Source: Ancylonema sp.
Lineage: Eukaryota
DNA: 47,798 nucleotides
Assembly (NCBI GenBank): GCA_050230475.1
Contig: JBFLGF010000213.1
Location: forward strand, 1-47,798
Reading direction: 5' to 3'
Below the pieces are notes generated by a model. The model was given only the letters and a program-made list of their open reading frames with translations, searched no databases and had not been told where the DNA came from. Both the position numbers and the translations under genes were made by a program. This document shows, in pieces, positions 26,151 through 37,550 of this stretch. Positions within the stretch are counted from its first letter, which is position 1, and each line of letters starts with the position of its first letter.

Positions 26151-27551
26151 ATGTCAAAGTCAGACGAGCAGCTGAACTTCCATTCATTCCCGAGAACGCC
26201 GCTGCCGTTCGATTTATGTCTTGAGATATTCGCGAGGGTTCCTCGTCAATTCCACCCATCCCTCCGACTCGTCTGTCGCGAATGGGGTAGAGCCGTGGGC
26301 AGTTTTGAAATGCGGATAGCACGTGCCAAATGTGGCAAGCTCGAAGATTGGGTGTTCATGGTGGGGAGAAAAATGCCCTTGCTGGAGCAGGCCAAAGAGT
26401 TGGTGCTGAGAGACAGATCAAACGACAAGGAATTCTCGGTGTACGGATCGGGAGTGCCGGATGGAAGGCTGGAATTGGGCGCTTTTGACCCTGCGGAGGG
26501 TCGGTACTACGACTTCGGCAAAATACCTTTTGCCATCGATATGCCTCTGAGTACGAGACCTGTGGGCCCTGTAGCAGCGGGCGGTGGTAGGTTCTTGATA
26601 ATGTTTATGCCGGGTACCACATCGGTGAGCGGTCTGTCCAAAATGTCTTCCAAAATTGATGCCGATCCTGGCGCTTGCGCCGTGTGGCGATACGACAGCC
26701 TTCGGAACAACTGGCGAAAAGGTGCGCAAATGATTTGCGACCAGAGACGAGGACCCTTTGCGTGTGGAAACATCGACGGGAGAGTCTACGTGGCAGGAGG
26801 ACATATCGGTGCTAGAGGCACGGGGAGCACGTATAGTCACAATTTTCAATACCCTCTCACTTCCGCCGAGGTATATGACCCACTGAATGACGAGTGGAAG
26901 GTCCTCCCACCCCTTAGCGTCCCGATGCTCGAGTGCAGGGGGGTGGGCGTCGGAAAAAAGTTCTTTGTGATGGGGTTCTCCGGACGTCGAGAATATGGAA
27001 GATTGCATGAGCTTGGTCCGATGCGGGTGGAGGTATTCGACGTCGACACGTGGCGATGGGAGGTGACAGCATGCTCGCAGCTGCTGGAGTCTTTTGAGTA
27101 CTACCCTCGACCCGTGGAGGAGGCAGGAGACGGGGACCACATTCTGCAGTCGATGATGATGAGCCGCTACTTCGACCAGCTCGGTACGCAAAGCGTAAAC
27201 ATTGGGGGCACGATTTTCTCGGCGGACCGCTTGGCTGCACGGCGGCAGGCACTCATCTCCTTCGACTGTAAAGGAAATGGCAGTAAGGACCTGGAAATTC
27301 CCGATACAGCGGGTACTCCGTGGTGGCCATTTGGGTTGGCGACTGCTAACAACGAACTTTTACTTCTGGGCGGTGAGGCTGAGTACGGTGACCATACTAG
27401 CGACACGGTTCCGGATATTGCAAGGCTGCCTTTAGGGAAAGTGGGTGAGGGAGGTGGCAAGGAGGCAGTCTGGATTTTAGAACAGGATTGGGCTTCAAGT
27501 GGAAACAAAAAGATGAAGGAAATTATAGGGTGCGTGACGTTGCGAGTGTGA
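26151..27551 (+). CDS. F-box/kelch-repeat protein, intronless, 466 aa
   Basis: N-terminal F-box LPFDLCLEIFARVPRQFHPSLRLVCREW. Kelch repeats VWRYDSLRNNWRKGAQM, GRVYVAGG, SAEVYDPLNDEWKVLPPL, KFFVMGF, VEVFDVDTWRW. Confidence 0.93.
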   Translation: MSKSDEQLNFHSFPRTPLPFDLCLEIFARVPRQFHPSLRLVCREWGRAVGSFEMRIARAKCGKLEDWVFMVGRKMPLLEQAKELVLRDRSNDKEFSVYGSGVPDGRLELGAFDPAEGRYYDFGKIPFAIDMPLSTRPVGPVAAGGGRFLIMFMPGTTSVSGLSKMSSKIDADPGACAVWRYDSLRNNWRKGAQMICDQRRGPFACGNIDGRVYVAGGHIGARGTGSTYSHNFQYPLTSAEVYDPLNDEWKVLPPLSVPMLECRGVGVGKKFFVMGFSGRREYGRLHELGPMRVEVFDVDTWRWEVTACSQLLESFEYYPRPVEEAGDGDHILQSMMMSRYFDQLGTQSVNIGGTIFSADRLAARRQALISFDCKGNGSKDLEIPDTAGTPWWPFGLATANNELLLLGGEAEYGDHTSDTVPDIARLPLGKVGEGGGKEAVWILEQDWASSGNKKMKEIIGCVTLRV

Positions 27552-29777
27552 ACAAGAGGTTCGAGGCTGATTAAACAACTTGCATAATGGTTCGTCCATT
27601 ATGCGGTAGTTTTGTTTTTCCATCATTTATATGCCGTAGTCGTTGGCATCATATCTTGCGTTAGAGGGGGACTTAGATGACATGTTTTATTGTTCTATGG
27701 TTTTCATCCCGATGGTCACTCTCAATTGTGTGGGGTACCATGAGGTATATCTTGAATCCCCAATCAAGCTTCACCCCATCACGAATTGCATTGGCTTTCT
27801 CATATACCTTAATTTCCCGCATGCCTTGTAGATTTTCTCCATACCACTCATCTTTACATCAATATTAATAAGTTTACAACTTAGCATTCAACGTTTCTTA
27901 ATATGGATACAATTTTGACGCATTCACTCGGATGACCAAACAACATTATTCACCAAGTTTTACGGTTTTACGATTGTGAACAAATGTATACACATGCCTT
28001 GATGAATATCTCACATAGTGACATGTTTGCACGGCGGTCCGATCGCACATTGAATAAAGTGTTTGGATTAAAGTCTTTTGATAAAATCGATGTGTTTATT
28101 TGCAAACAACGAGATATCGACAAGTTGGATCAACCACCCACAAAGCTTTTGCCAAATCACAGAGCAATCGTACTAGCCGTATTGTTCTTACGCGCAAAAC
28201 TTATTGGTTTCCACGCGCGACTTCGTAGTCAACGAAACCTACCACGATGACTAGATTGCGTCCAACTTTTCAAAATATGCCCGGCCCTTATCAAGTTTTG
28301 GTCTTGTAGCGATAAAGTACAAACTTCAACCATAGTGCACTAGCGGAATCGAATCACGGTGAAGAAAAGTGTTCGGAAAGCACAATGGAGTATTGACACA
28401 TGTGCAACCCGGAAATGGCCATTTTTAGAATTTACATTATTCACTGAAAATTAAAAAATAGTACTGTTAAGATCACTTGATGTGGTCAAACGTCACTCAT
28501 CATCTAAGCGTTTTGTGAGTGATGTGTTTTTACGAAGAAGTCGCAATCATTTTGTCATGCAAGTTTTATATTTAAAGCAACTGTGAGAAAATTCATATTT
28601 GCGAACTTCCGTTAAAAAAAAAAAACGTGAATAATCTATATTTTATCTCATCCTTTTTTTGAAAATCACGAACTCCAAATCATTATATCAATGTTTGTTA
28701 TATTTAATACCAATACGTACCCGTAGTCTAGGAGCTGCATGTCAATACTGACTAGGACAATAACATCACTTTGTTTTTTTGCATTTGATTTACATTGACA
28801 CAATGGACGAACGCCAAAGGCAAGTGATGACACGACATGCCATCTATATTTTGTTGGGGAATGAAGAAAGACGTAGTTCAACCATGAGGACCACAAACTG
28901 AAGTTGCACAATGGGACGATGATGCACACATGCAGATCTTTGTGAGTGACCCTATCTTCGTTACCATTGAACTCATTCATTCGCGGCAAGGTGACGACAT
29001 GACTTCGTTTATTTTTTTGTCGATTGGTTTTGACCAAACTTGGAGCGTTTTGGTCACACCCCGATTTGATGCAAATAACTATGCCACTTTTTATATTGTA
29101 TAGACCTAACACAACAACATCAAATGTACATGACAAGGATACTGGGTCTCCGAGTTAGTGAAAATGAGAGGTGCGATACCAATTATCCACTTTAGTTTTT
29201 TGCTTTTTTCTTTTTTATTTTCTTTTTGGTCAAGCAATTCGGCATCGATAAGATTGCACTTCTACTCCGGAAACATCAGATAACAACATTACTCGCTTCC
29301 ATCTAGTATCCATATCTACTTCAATTTCTATTCATGTTCAAGAAATCAAAAGAAGAAGAAGTTTAGAACCCAAAGGGTTCCAAAAGGCTTCTTCAAAGCA
29401 AAGGTCTTGAAAAGTTGTTGTCACAACACAAACTTCCCCCCTTCTGATGAAGTTGACCATTGACCGTTGACCCGGCCCCCAGTTCATGTTCATTACAACG
29501 AATAAAACATCACGTGATCACATGATTTCAACTCATGACGCGTGCAACCCCTCTTCCATCACAGAGATGCATGGTGCAGCTGCGCAGCGGGCAAGGATTG
29601 ACAGAGCCCCGGGGAACACTCGTAATAAATCCTATCTCGATCCTTTATTCGTATCATTATTTGTCATTCCAAATTTTCTTCTCCCTGGTGTGTGACATCA
29701 TCGCAAGCCTCTCCATCCATCCTTCTCCGCACGCACTCGAGGTCCCCCATCCCCCCACCGCTTCCCTCCTTTCTCCC

Positions 29778-32700
29778 TCACCCCATCGCCCTCTCCCCCT
29801 GCCCCCTCTGTATCGTTTCGCAGTAGGCATCCTTTGAGTCGGATGCTTCTGCCTGGCGGGGCAGAGAGAGGCAGTACTCCCCAGCCTCCAGCTCCAGGGG
29901 ATGGACCCAAGAGGAACTGTGGGGGCGGGGGGGGGGGGGGGAGGAGGGCATCGCTGCTCTGTCCCACCCTGACATCATCTCCCCCTCCCCCCCCTCCCAC
30001 TCTTCCTCCCCTTCTTCCTGCGTCATGGGCAGGGGGGCAACCCCCTCCCTCTGCTGCCTTGCCTGCACCCATTCCGCCATCTTCTCTCGCTCCTCGTGCG
30101 CCAAACTGGCCTTCTCCCAATCAAACACGTCACGCCAACGAGGGTGGGAGGCGGGAGGGGCACTGTCTCCCTTACCACCCTGATCCAAACCACAGCAACA
30201 AGAAGAAGAAGAAGAAGAAGAAGAAGAAGAAGAAGAAGAAGAACAGCAATCGCGTTATACCCTCCCTCCCATCCACCCCCCTCCCCCGCCCCCCAAGGAC
30301 CCCATCCCCTCACCCTCAGAAACGCCTTGTGCGCCCGCCTCGACTTCTTCTGAAAGTGCGGTGCGGGTGCCTTCCCCCCATACAAGTCCGTTCCGCAGTC
30401 GTGGAAATTGATGACTGCCTCCCCCTCGTGCGCGGCTTCCATGAACTTCCTCCACAGGGGGGCCGCGTGGCTTGACCCTGTCCCCGGGTGCAGCCCCCCC
30501 ACGGGACGGTTGTCGTCGTACCCGCACCACACAGTGGCCGACAGCTGGGGGGTGAACCCGGCGAACCACACGTCCCTGTGGCCGTCTGACGTCCCTGTCT
30601 TACCGCAGCAGGGACGGCCAGGGAGCTGGGCGCGCCTCCCTGTGCCCTTATCTACCACCAGCTGCCAGGGGGGGGGGGGCAGGGGAACTACCATGACTAA
30701 CCTGAAAGATCCCTACGCCTGAGGTGGGGGGGGCGGGTGGGGGGCGCTTACCTGCAGCAGCTGACGTAGTTGGGCTACCGCCGCCTCATCCACTGCCGCC
30801 ACCCTGTCCCCAATTGCGGGGGTGGGTGGGTGCTGGTAGAGGATGGTGCCGTCCGCGTCCGTGACTTTGTTGATGAGTGTTGGTTGGGACAGGACCCCCC
30901 CCGCTGCGATGGTGTTGTACACGGTGGTGAGCTGCAGGGGGGTGAGTTCGCTGTGACCCAGGGCGAGTGCCAGCTCGTGCGGCAGGGGGGTGGTGATGCC
31001 CAGGGCGTGCCCCGTGGCAACCACCTTGTCCACCCCAACCTCACAGCAAAGTTTGACGGTGGGGACGTTGAGGGAGCGTACGAGGGAGTGCCCCAACGTC
31101 ACGGGGCCGCGGACCTTGCGGTCAAAGTTTTCTGGGATGAATTTGTCGACGGCGAACGGCTCGTCTACCAGTACGTGCTCTTTTGTCAGCCCCTCCGCCA
31201 GCGCTGTGAGGTACACCACGGGCTTGAAGGTGGATCCTGGGGGGCGGAGTGCCTCTGTGGCGCGGTTGAAGTTGGATTCATAGTACTCCCTCCCCCCCAC
31301 CACCACACGCACCTCCCCGCTCAACGGCGCCATGGCAACGATACAGCACTCCACTCGACTAACCAACGCGGACTTCAACTCATCCTCGTACATCTCACGC
31401 TCCCTCTCCCAGTACGACACCCTGACACACATCCCCCCCCCTGTCACTGCCCTGCTCCCCTTTTCATTCCTCTCTTTCCCCTTGTCCCCCCTTCTCTCCT
31501 CTCTCTCACCCTCCCTGGAATCGTTTCCTCTCCTCCTCCTCCACTTTCCGTTCCTCTTCCGCTCCCACCATGGCCGAGGCTGCCCGCAGACTGACCACAC
31601 AACACGGTCAAACAACACTCAACTACACCCCCAACCCCCCCCGCCCGCTGCTGCCCCCCCCCACCCTCTCTGCTGCTTCTTCCGAGTGCGCCCTCTCCAC
31701 TGCCGCCTGCAATCGCAGCGCCCTCTTCTCCCCCACCTCCGCCATCCGCTCGCTGATTTTGGCGTCCCTCGCGGCGCACACGGCCGCGAGTTTGTCGACC
31801 GCGGAATCGATTCCGTCGTGGGCCGTCTGGATCCGCTCCTGGTCGTACTCCAAACCCGCCTCCCGCACCTCACGCTCCGCCACCGTCTGCATGGGAAGAT
31901 CCACGGTGGTGTACACGTGGAGGCCCCCTTTCTGCACGCGCTCCTTCCCGTACATTGTGTTGAGGTGGTAGAGCACCTCGGTCACAAAGTAGGGTGCCCT
32001 CCACGGCCCCGCCCCCCCATCCTCCACCTCCCTCCCCAACACCAGGGGCTCCCTCATGGCCGCGTCTGCCGCTGCCATGTCCAGCACACCACCCTCCACC
32101 ATGCGACGAAGGGTGCGCGCCTGGGGCTTGCGACCACTGAACAACCCACCCTGTCTGTCACTCGGTAACTGTACCACCCCCCGCCTCTGCCTTCTCCTGC
32201 CCCACCCTCTGACTCACCGGCTGGGGTCGCGGTAGGGGGAGAGCAGCTCCGGCGCGGGTATGACCCCGACCATCATCGCGCATTCCCCGAGGGTGAGCGC
32301 AGCGGGCTGCTTCCCGAAGTAGAGAGCCGAGGCCGCCTCGATTCCGTACACGCCGTGTCCCCAGTAGATTTTGTTGAGGTACAGCTGGAGTATCTCCCAC
32401 TTGGTGACCCTGGTTTCCAGGAGGACCGCCAGCAGGAGCTCCATGAGTTTGCGGGACCACTTGCGGTCGCTGGTGAGGAACACGTTCTTCACCAGCTGCT
32501 GCGTGATGGTGCTGCCCCCCCCGGAGCGGGAGAAGGAGAGGGCCGCGCGGGCCAATCCCCGAGGGTCGAACCCCTGGTGGTCGAAGAATCTCCTGTCTTC
32601 GGACGCGATGACAGCCTGGAGCAAGTACGGGGGCAGGTCTTTGCCCTGGACCAGGCCGCGGGCATTGGGCACAGAGTCTGCTTTACTGGCGCTGACTCCG

Positions 32701-33263
32701 CCGGGGACTACGGTGGCGATACCCGTGCCGTGGCAGTCGTAGAGCGTGGTGCCGCCACGGTTTTCCTCTTCGGCAAGAGAAGCTTCCTCGGGCTGCTCGC
32801 CCAGCATCGACTTCCATCGCTTCCAAAAGTCTGGCGGGAGGGTGGAGCTGAGGGAGTGCAGGAAAGAAGCCAGTCCACCAAACGCGAGCGAAATTGCAAG
32901 AAACTGGAGGGACATGTGTCGAGAAGGGGTCGGTATAGGAGGTGGTGCAGCTGGATTCGTGGAGTCGTCACTCGCAGCTGACGAGGCTGCGACCTGTGAC
33001 ATGCGGTTGGGGTTGCACCCTCTCCGCTGCTCCAGGCTATGAATGAACGCCGCTTCGAGGCGCAGTTGAAGATTCCGGTTTCGAAGCTTTGAGCCATTGT
33101 CAGTAACATGAATCGAGTGCTTTCTGCACCGCGAACTGCTAGAGGCTTCTGGTGGGACGTCGGAGCAGCACCAGGTAGCTTCACTGCAGCGTCCCACATT
33201 TGCTACGGCTGGAGTTCGAGCCGAGATTGTGGGATCGTGGACTGTAGCCGCTTGTGACGCCAT
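29778..33263 (-). CDS. PBP: Class A bifunctional penicillin-binding protein (GT51 transglycosylase plus transpeptidase), probably plastid-targeted, about 1000 aa, probably 6 exons
   Basis: Exons 33263-32218, 32136-~31665, 31590-31510, 31421-30752, 30661-30314, 30179-29778. GT51 motifs EDRRFFDHQG, GGSTITQQLVKN, RKLMEL, KWEILQLYLN. Transpeptidase motifs PGSTFKP (SxxK), SLN (SxN), GKTGT (KTG), DVWFAGFTP. Ser/Ala/Arg-rich N-terminus followed by the hydrophobic segment LQFLAISLAFGGLASFL. The exon 2/3 junction is out of phase by 1 nt. Confidence 0.93.
30198..30243. repeat. (AAG)n microsatellite in the last PBP intron
   Basis: About 14 AAG units, directly visible. Confidence 0.95.
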
Positions 33264-34400
33264 TGTACCAGTATGAGTGGAAAAATAATTTACAGCCCCT
33301 ATACGAGACCCCAGACTCTCATCCGAATGCCAGGCAACGTTGGTAACACACTGCGTCAAGGTGCCACGTGGAGACACGGGACTGCATAAGGACCGCGACG
33401 CACGCGTCCTTCCTGGGGATCCTCCAGCTGGCCAGCTGCGCCCAATCTGGGGAGCGGGTCCCGTCCAAGGTCGCCGCCGCCGTGAACCACACAGTCGAAC
33501 CTTGATGTTATACCCCTTGATATAGTACCATTTTCGTTATAGTAACCTCCGATTTTGTCGTTCTCCAGATTACCCTCCATATGAGAAAGAACAAGTAGTA
33601 GAGAAAGAACAATGCGAACCCCATCTAAATACAACGAAGGAAAACCAAACCCCGAAAAACACCTGTTAGGGAAACTAATGAAACTCCAAGGTTCCGCACA
33701 CTCCAGGAGAACTGAGGTACCACACGTAATTCCGACGACGTAATGGACGCTCGCGTGGGAGGGGCAAACAATATATACCCTGCTCTAAGTATTACGATGC
33801 GATGATAATGTCTTGTGATCAGATTTCTTGTGGCCACTTGATCCAGACGCCACTCATTTGTTGAAAAAAACTCATGACACAAACAATATGAATATGTACA
33901 ACAAGAATCACGGTCAAAGTCTCACAAAATTTGTTTACTTAACAATCTGATTACGTTGTTACTCCGTACCAACAACGTCCGATCTGAGAGTCACGCAAAA
34001 TGGCTACAATATCCTTCCAACAATAGCGGCGCTTCAAAATTTCAGCCAATCACAATCTCATATCCCAATAGGCTATCAACATGATAATTGACACATCGTC
34101 GATACCTCTAGGAATATCGACATCGTGGAAAAAGTGTCAACTAGACGAACAGTCCGACCCGTCACCGAAAAAATATGCCAAAGTACTATCATATCGACAT
34201 AACACCAAAACTTGCCGCTAAAGAAGTATGTCCGGTACAACCAAAAAAATAACACAACCGCCAAAACGAACATGCTCCGAGCCCTCAGATGTCGATGATG
34301 AATAAATCATGCTTGTCAAACTAGCGGAGGAATATCTTTCGATTCAATGAATAATAAGAGTGGCCAGAATACGTGTGACTATCTATGTTCTATATGTTGC

Positions 34401-34648
34401 GGATAGAGGACTTGGTAGCAAACCTCTTTCTCGTCGCGATGCTTAGCCGCAACAAGGAAAGCCCGAAGGGTAGGGCTCCCGATTCCTTAAGATTCGGAAA
34501 AATACCCGCGGATAGGGTAGCGCGGCCGAGGGTTAGGGTGGGGTGCAACGCAAATCTTTAGCTAAGTGCCCGGTGGGGCCCGTGGACGGCTCCTCTCTTT
34601 TAATTGGACGCGACCGAGAATGTCCCCTCCCGTGGGCAAAAAAAAAAA
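34401..34648. other. GC-rich island with nested helices, candidate structured RNA or small retroposon
   Basis: Helices TTCTCG-TCGCG/CGCGACCGAGAA, CTTAGC/GCTAAG, AAGGAA/TTCCTT, AGCCC/GGGCT, TACCC/GGGTA and AGAGG/CCTCT. Contains GGGTTAGGG and ends in an A-tract on +. Confidence 0.35.
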
Positions 34649-34934
34649 CTGCGAACCGGACCCCAATACCTTGAGTTGATGAGAATTCCTCGATTTAAGA
34701 CTTAAATCAACATAGGTTGCCATGTGAATTCCATTTGTCACAAGCTAGTAACGTCAAAAAAAAAAAAAAAAAAACCTCTACTTTATGTGACGAGATTTGT
34801 GATGGGTCTTCAAAATAACATGAACAAATATACTGGGAGCACAATGCTTGTCGTCTGTCGTGCATGATTGAATGTCTTACATGATCTTAACTACAATTTT
34901 TATGTTCTCTTTTTCTATCCGTATTGCACCACCC

Positions 34935-35115
34935 CATGCTTGCACCCAAACGCGTCCAAGTTTGGCAAACGCCAAACGTCCAAATGCCAGATCGGAACAT
35001 TTTGTCGTTTGGTGTCAGTACCAAACGTCTGTACGGATACCTAGACCAAACATTTATAGATACGAACGTTTGCCAGATGGCTACTGTGTGTACTACGTTT
35101 GCCACGCGTGCGTAT
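34935..35115 (+). mobile_element. Truncated left end of a hAT-like element (CATGCTTGCACCCAAACG end, CAAACG/CGTTTG motifs)
   Basis: The terminus resembles the TIR at 23602 and is followed by a cluster of CAAACG-type motifs. No right TIR was found. Confidence 0.4.
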
Positions 35116-37550
35116 GAATCTTGCAAAACGGCCATCAATTCCTTTTCATGAATCCCAGGAATTACTTACCTTAAATTAAATACCTCATCAAAGGATCTTA
35201 AATTGTTGTACTTTTTAAGTTTCCCCAACCTTACTGGCTTGAAACAAAGGCTCTAGTCAAAGCGAGCTACCGAATATAAGTTGCAACTTGATTTAATGTT
35301 AAGCAAAATATTAGGTTGCAGCCAATCAATATTCACATGTATGAACTGATTTTACTGGATTCTAAACAAATAATGTCTCAAATTGGTAAGTTTCGAAAGT
35401 AGTTTCCCCCCCATTAGTGTGAACGTAGAGAAGCTTTACTAAGCCATACTATTTTTTTGGCTAGTACATTCACATTTGGTTTATCGAACCCTCTAGGTTT
35501 GATATCCCTGACGTGTCGAATGGATTCAACACAAGTATTGTCGATGGAATTCGGCAAAACTCGAAAAATCGATGAAAAATGACAAGATGTCAAAATGTAT
35601 CTTTTTGGTGTTTTTATGAAGTCGACGAACTTGACTTGTATTTAGGTGATGACTTGGTTGCTTCGGATGAATGGGCTTTGATGTCTTCATCTCGTCTCAC
35701 TGAATACTTATGGTCCGATGGGGAGATGGTCATAATAATCCTCCTGTCAATTACGTTGTCGATTCATTCTGAAGAATGCCACGTGCTCATGTCGTCGATA
35801 TCAGAGGTATGGCGGTAGTTACTTGTACTGTTCTTATGTTTGCTGAAGTTGCTTGAGGAGTTGCCCAAACCTAAAAAAAAATGTAGTCATCGGAAATGTT
35901 GGATGCAATGTTGAGGAGGTTTGTCTCTTTGTTTTTGTTTTTTTATAGGGCACACTCGAATTCAATAGCTTTTCCTGCCCAATGTTTATTATCATAAGTA
36001 TGTATCATTGGATAAATCAATAGTGTTTGGATTTTAAACATAATGGTAAATCCAATGGGTTGAATATGTCCCGTGGGTGATATCTGATTATAAGAATGTT
36101 AACTGCCCACCGGTATGGTGCGGGAATGAATAGAACACGTGTTGGTTCGATAAATCTTATTTGCACCCCTTCTTTTACTACGAATACCTGTTTTTTTGAT
36201 GCGACAAATTGACTATCCGAAGCAAAGGTGGATGTGGAATTGGATGCACAGGTGAAAGTAGGACTAAAATGTTTTTTTATCAGGTTACTAACTTGTACCG
36301 CGTTGAAGACCTATGACGTTCTTCCGCTGTAAGCTTAGAGAGGGTTGTCAATTGAGTCTTGAGTGACTACAAAAAAGGGGAGTCTTTCGCAGTATATAAC
36401 TCGTCGGTGGAATCGGCGTACCTCTACTCACCGACTGTTGAGAGACACTCGCAGCTTTGCGTACTCGGAGTTTTGCAATAATACACAAAGAACGATTAAA
36501 AAAAAACTACAAATAGTTCTGAAAACTCTATCAATCGTAAGTTAGGATTTCCAGGTCGACAACAATATAATTTGCAAGTGGGATTCGCGAATGAAAGGAT
36601 GTGAATCAGGATTCACAAAGTTGATGTACAAACTATACTATCAACGGCAAGTGCTACGGGGGGCACGTCAAACGACGGCGATTATGCAAACTACATGAAT
36701 ATGAAAACGAGCGCGAGGAATGCGCGATGGAAACGATGATCACATTCAGACTCACACACACATGAGTACCCACAAAATGATCTCAAAGAGTACTTGAAAT
36801 TCCGGGAGTAAACGGTGGTGTAAGAACGGCGTAACAGATTTGGCGTAAACTGATAGCGGAAGCTGGCGGTAATGAGAGTCATTTTGACCTTTAAATAATC
36901 GACGCGGCGTGTTTTAGGAAATCACGCGCGGGAATCTCTAGGATCAAATTGATCTAAGGCTAAGACTTAACAAATCGACTAGATCGAAGATAACGTCTTG
37001 TCAAACTAGGATATGGATATGGATCAATCTAGCACGTCCGACAGCTCATCGATGATACTAACAAATTGATTTGACTAGCAGAATTGGCGCGCACCATAAT
37101 CAAACTATTCGCTTGTACGAAAAACAACTCGGAATCAATATCTGAAAAATGGTACACACACATTTCTTGGCGCAGTGAATATATAAAAGCTACCAGATTA
37201 GACGTTGGAGCTATTGATCACTCATTACAAAAGTGCTCGTTAATAACGTCATAAAATCGACAAATATGAAAACTCGTTGTTTTTAGTTGCAAATCAATAA
37301 AAAGGAGACTTTCTTTCTAACGGTCTTTATTGGCGATGTTTTGGCGATGTTTTGGAGTCCGTGGTATTGCCCGTACTTTTTTGGACGTATGTGCGTCGTT
37401 GCTGTTTCTGATTGGGTGTTCGTTTTTTTTTTTGCTACGATGACGTGGCATTGATGACGTGTCGGTCCTTGATTGGCTCGTTTTTTTTGTTTTTTTGTGG
37501 AAAATTTCGCCTGGTTTCGTTCGTTTTCTTGGGGTCAGCGGCTTGAAAGC

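Noticed and set aside
29834..32981. Long + strand ORFs overlapping the PBP gene (poly-K, Pro-rich)
   Set aside because: Antisense shadows of GC-rich exons and low-complexity introns.
29778..33263. PBP gene as bacterial contamination or a fresh HGT island
   Set aside because: It has spliceosomal introns, a transit-peptide-like leader and eukaryotic neighbours.
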